Both the position numbers and the translations under genes were made by a program. The notes below the pieces were generated by a model. It did not search any database. It worked only from the letters and a program-made list of their open reading frames with translations, and was not told where the DNA came from. Shown here piece by piece: positions 23,611-25,663 of a DNA stretch of 25,663 nt. The stretch lies in IMG/VR virus record IMGVR_UViG_3300032315_000486; one strand, given 5' to 3'. The DNA comes from a virus. Its lineage: Duplodnaviria; Heunggongvirae; Uroviricota; Caudoviricetes. Each line of letters starts with the position of its first letter. Position 1 is the first letter of the stretch.

Positions 23611-25663
23611 ATGCAAAAAACATTTTACATTGATACCGATGATTTTGCAGTCAAGGGTATTGCTGATAATAAAGCTTTAAAAATTGCTGGCTATGCTAAC
23701 ACTGCTGACAAAGATAGAACAGGTGATATAGTACTATCAAATGCGTGGGCTAAGGGTGTAGAAAACTTTAGAAGAAATCCTATTCTTCTATATCAACACG
23801 ACCACGGTAAACCTATTGGTAGAGTAAATAATATTACTGTAGATAAAAAAGGTATATTTGTAGAAGCAAGTGTGAGCGATGCCGCAGAAAAGCAACACGC
23901 AGTAAAGACACTTATAAAAGACGGAGTATTAAAAAGCTTCAGCGTAGGATTTAGAATCAAAGATGCTGACTACGATAAGAGAAGCGATACTTTTGTAATT
24001 AAGGATCTAGAACTGCTGGAAATATCTGTAGTTAGCGTACCAGCTAACCAAAATTCACTATTCTCTATTCGTAAGAGTTTTGAAAATGACGACACTTATA
24101 AAGAATTCAAAGGTCAATTTACCTCTTCAAAGGAAAAAGCCTCTAAGGTAGTTGACAATGAAGAAGAAGAGGAAGAAATCGTAACAGGTCAAGATCCTAT
24201 GAGACAGATTCCTTTTACCAATTTACTAAGCGAAGACACTAGTAAAATAACCGAGAAGACTTTTGTTATATTAGACGGTTACAGATATAAAACCTCAAGA
24301 ATAGCTACTGCAGAAAATCCTAATTTTGTATTTGAAAAATGCGATGCTTTAGGTAATACTCTGGGTGGAACTTTAGAAGTAAATGCACTAGATATTACTA
24401 TTATAAACAAGTGGGATTTAGATAGCGAATACGATTTAAGATTACTGGTTACTAAAGAAAAGACATTCTTAGACGAGGAAAAAACTCATATAATATCTAA
24501 GTTTAAGTCTCTAATAAGTAGATCAGAGATAGAATTACTTCAGCTTAAATCTGCTGAAAATATTAAAAACGATAAGAACTTACAAAAAATATTAAACGAT
24601 ACACTAAATCTTATCACACTAAACTATACTAATTGGAATGAATCTCATTTCTATTTAGCCAATAAAACTTGTATGGTTGTAGAGACTCTAAAACGCCTTC
24701 CGGTGGAGAGCAATAGAGATCTTATGCTGAATGTATATGGCCATAATATACAAAAAACTCTAGAGGAGAATAACAAAATGACTACTGAAAACGTAGGTGA
24801 TCCAATCACAATCAGCACAAAAGCTGCTTCAGCCCAGGTAGATACCAAAGCTGCTGTTGCTACTGTTGCAGAACCACGCGTTGCACAGCTAGTAGAAAAA
24901 GCCGGTGAGGCTGTTCTAAGAGCTGAGGCTGCAGAATATATAGCTGATCAAACAGGCCGCTCAGCCGATCCGCGCGTAATGGAAGAACTAGCTGAACTAA
25001 AAGGTCAGCTAAAAGCATATCGTGAGCAAGTAAATTCTATGCAAACAAGCAAGATGCACTATGCTGAAAACAATCGTTCATACGAGCAGTTCTCAGATCG
25101 CGATAAATCAAACGCTATATTCCTATCAAAAGCCCTAAACAAGCACGTATTTAATACACGCATGGGCGACCGTATGAAAGCTGTCCTAACAGACACAAAT
25201 CTAAATGAAGCTTTCAGCACAAACGTATACAACGAAATGCAACAACAACTAGTGGTTGCTCCACTATTTAACCGTGTTGAAGTAAGTTCGGGATCCTTCC
25301 GTATTCCAGTAGCTGACGAAGATACAAGCGATTTCGTTGCTCAGTTCCCATCAGGCTCATTTGCTGCTGGCGTAACTGATTTTACCACAATACCAACAAG
25401 CCGTCAGGCTCAAATTGGTGCGGTAGAACTACAACCAAAGAAATTCATGGTTGCAACTCACATTGCCAAGGACGAAGAAGAAGATACAATTCTTCCTCTA
25501 ATCGACTTCCTACGTCAAGCTGCTACTCGTCGTCTAGCACGTGGTATCGACAAAGCTATCCTACGCGGTGACGGTACTCTGAGCGCATTCAGTGCTTCTA
25601 ACCCACTAGCTGCTGCTGGTGCATTTAGATCTGTTATCAAAGGCGTTGTAGAACTAGCTGCCG
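23611..25663 (+). CDS. Prohead protease (S78/HK97-type) fused in frame to linker and major capsid protein; 3' partial; not in ORF track
   Basis: AAGGAG RBS; GYAN, YQHDHGKPIG, KSFSVGF, EISVVSVPAN; frame read manually with no stop from 23611 to window end. Confidence 0.88.
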   Translation, partial: MQKTFYIDTDDFAVKGIADNKALKIAGYANTADKDRTGDIVLSNAWAKGVENFRRNPILLYQHDHGKPIGRVNNITVDKKGIFVEASVSDAAEKQHAVKTLIKDGVLKSFSVGFRIKDADYDKRSDTFVIKDLELLEISVVSVPANQNSLFSIRKSFENDDTYKEFKGQFTSSKEKASKVVDNEEEEEEIVTGQDPMRQIPFTNLLSEDTSKITEKTFVILDGYRYKTSRIATAENPNFVFEKCDALGNTLGGTLEVNALDITIINKWDLDSEYDLRLLVTKEKTFLDEEKTHIISKFKSLISRSEIELLQLKSAENIKNDKNLQKILNDTLNLITLNYTNWNESHFYLANKTCMVVETLKRLPVESNRDLMLNVYGHNIQKTLEENNKMTTENVGDPITISTKAASAQVDTKAAVATVAEPRVAQLVEKAGEAVLRAEAAEYIADQTGRSADPRVMEELAELKGQLKAYREQVNSMQTSKMHYAENNRSYEQFSDRDKSNAIFLSKALNKHVFNTRMGDRMKAVLTDTNLNEAFSTNVYNEMQQQLVVAPLFNRVEVSSGSFRIPVADEDTSDFVAQFPSGSFAAGVTDFTTIPTSRQAQIGAVELQPKKFMVATHIAKDEEEDTILPLIDFLRQAATRRLARGIDKAILRGDGTLSAFSASNPLAAAGAFRSVIKGVVELAA
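24778..25663 (+). CDS. Major capsid protein (HK97 fold, T5 pb8-like) from an internal start; 3' partial
   Basis: GAGGAG at 24763-24768, 9 nt before ATG; FSTNVYNEMQQQLVVAPLF, DEEEDTILPLI, KAILRGDG. Confidence 0.88.
   Translation, partial: MTTENVGDPITISTKAASAQVDTKAAVATVAEPRVAQLVEKAGEAVLRAEAAEYIADQTGRSADPRVMEELAELKGQLKAYREQVNSMQTSKMHYAENNRSYEQFSDRDKSNAIFLSKALNKHVFNTRMGDRMKAVLTDTNLNEAFSTNVYNEMQQQLVVAPLFNRVEVSSGSFRIPVADEDTSDFVAQFPSGSFAAGVTDFTTIPTSRQAQIGAVELQPKKFMVATHIAKDEEEDTILPLIDFLRQAATRRLARGIDKAILRGDGTLSAFSASNPLAAAGAFRSVIKGVVELAA

Noticed and set aside
23611-24780. Stop-codon readthrough, recoding or frameshift between protease and capsid
   Set aside because: Not needed: the frame has no stop, and TAA, TAG and TGA all end other genes normally
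7120-24848. Minus-strand ORFs within the structural module
   Set aside because: Antisense shadows of long Thr/Asn-rich plus-strand genes
1-25663. tRNA or rRNA genes
   Set aside because: No cloverleaf with a T-loop consensus recognised by eye; tRNAscan-SE would confirm

Overview
The window is part of a large tailed-phage genome whose head and packaging proteins resemble those of T5 (Demerecviridae-like; recognised from recalled sequences, not a database search). It has three zones. (1) About 1-6.55 kb is GC-richer and holds about 18 very small, mostly minus-strand genes, many with their own sigma70-type promoter and AGGAG RBS. They include an RMF-like protein and a 17-aa membrane peptide missed by the ORF track, a bL12-C-terminal-like protein, a HAD phosphatase, two related HNH proteins and a paralogous 81-aa pair. 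Nine copies of a 48-bp inverted pair of IHF-consensus boxes (20-bp GC spacer) separate the genes, and in 7 of 9 copies the element lies exactly 19 bp upstream of a -35 box. Most promoters carry a GANTC (CcrM/GcrA-type) site at a fixed position. Three back-to-back promoter pairs fire consensus, ORF-less promoters antisense. This looks like a pre-early/terminal-repeat region tuned to an alphaproteobacterial host (inference). (2) About 6.54-7.04 kb is non-coding and repeat-rich, a candidate genome-end or packaging junction. (3) 7.04-25.66 kb is an AT-richer plus-strand late module: a T5-p142-like tail terminator, terS, a 12.7-kb island of fibre/adhesin genes, terL, an HNH nicking endonuclease and portal. 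It ends with an ORF absent from the track (23611 to window end) in which the prohead protease runs in frame, with no stop, into the major capsid protein, which has its own internal RBS and ATG at 24778.
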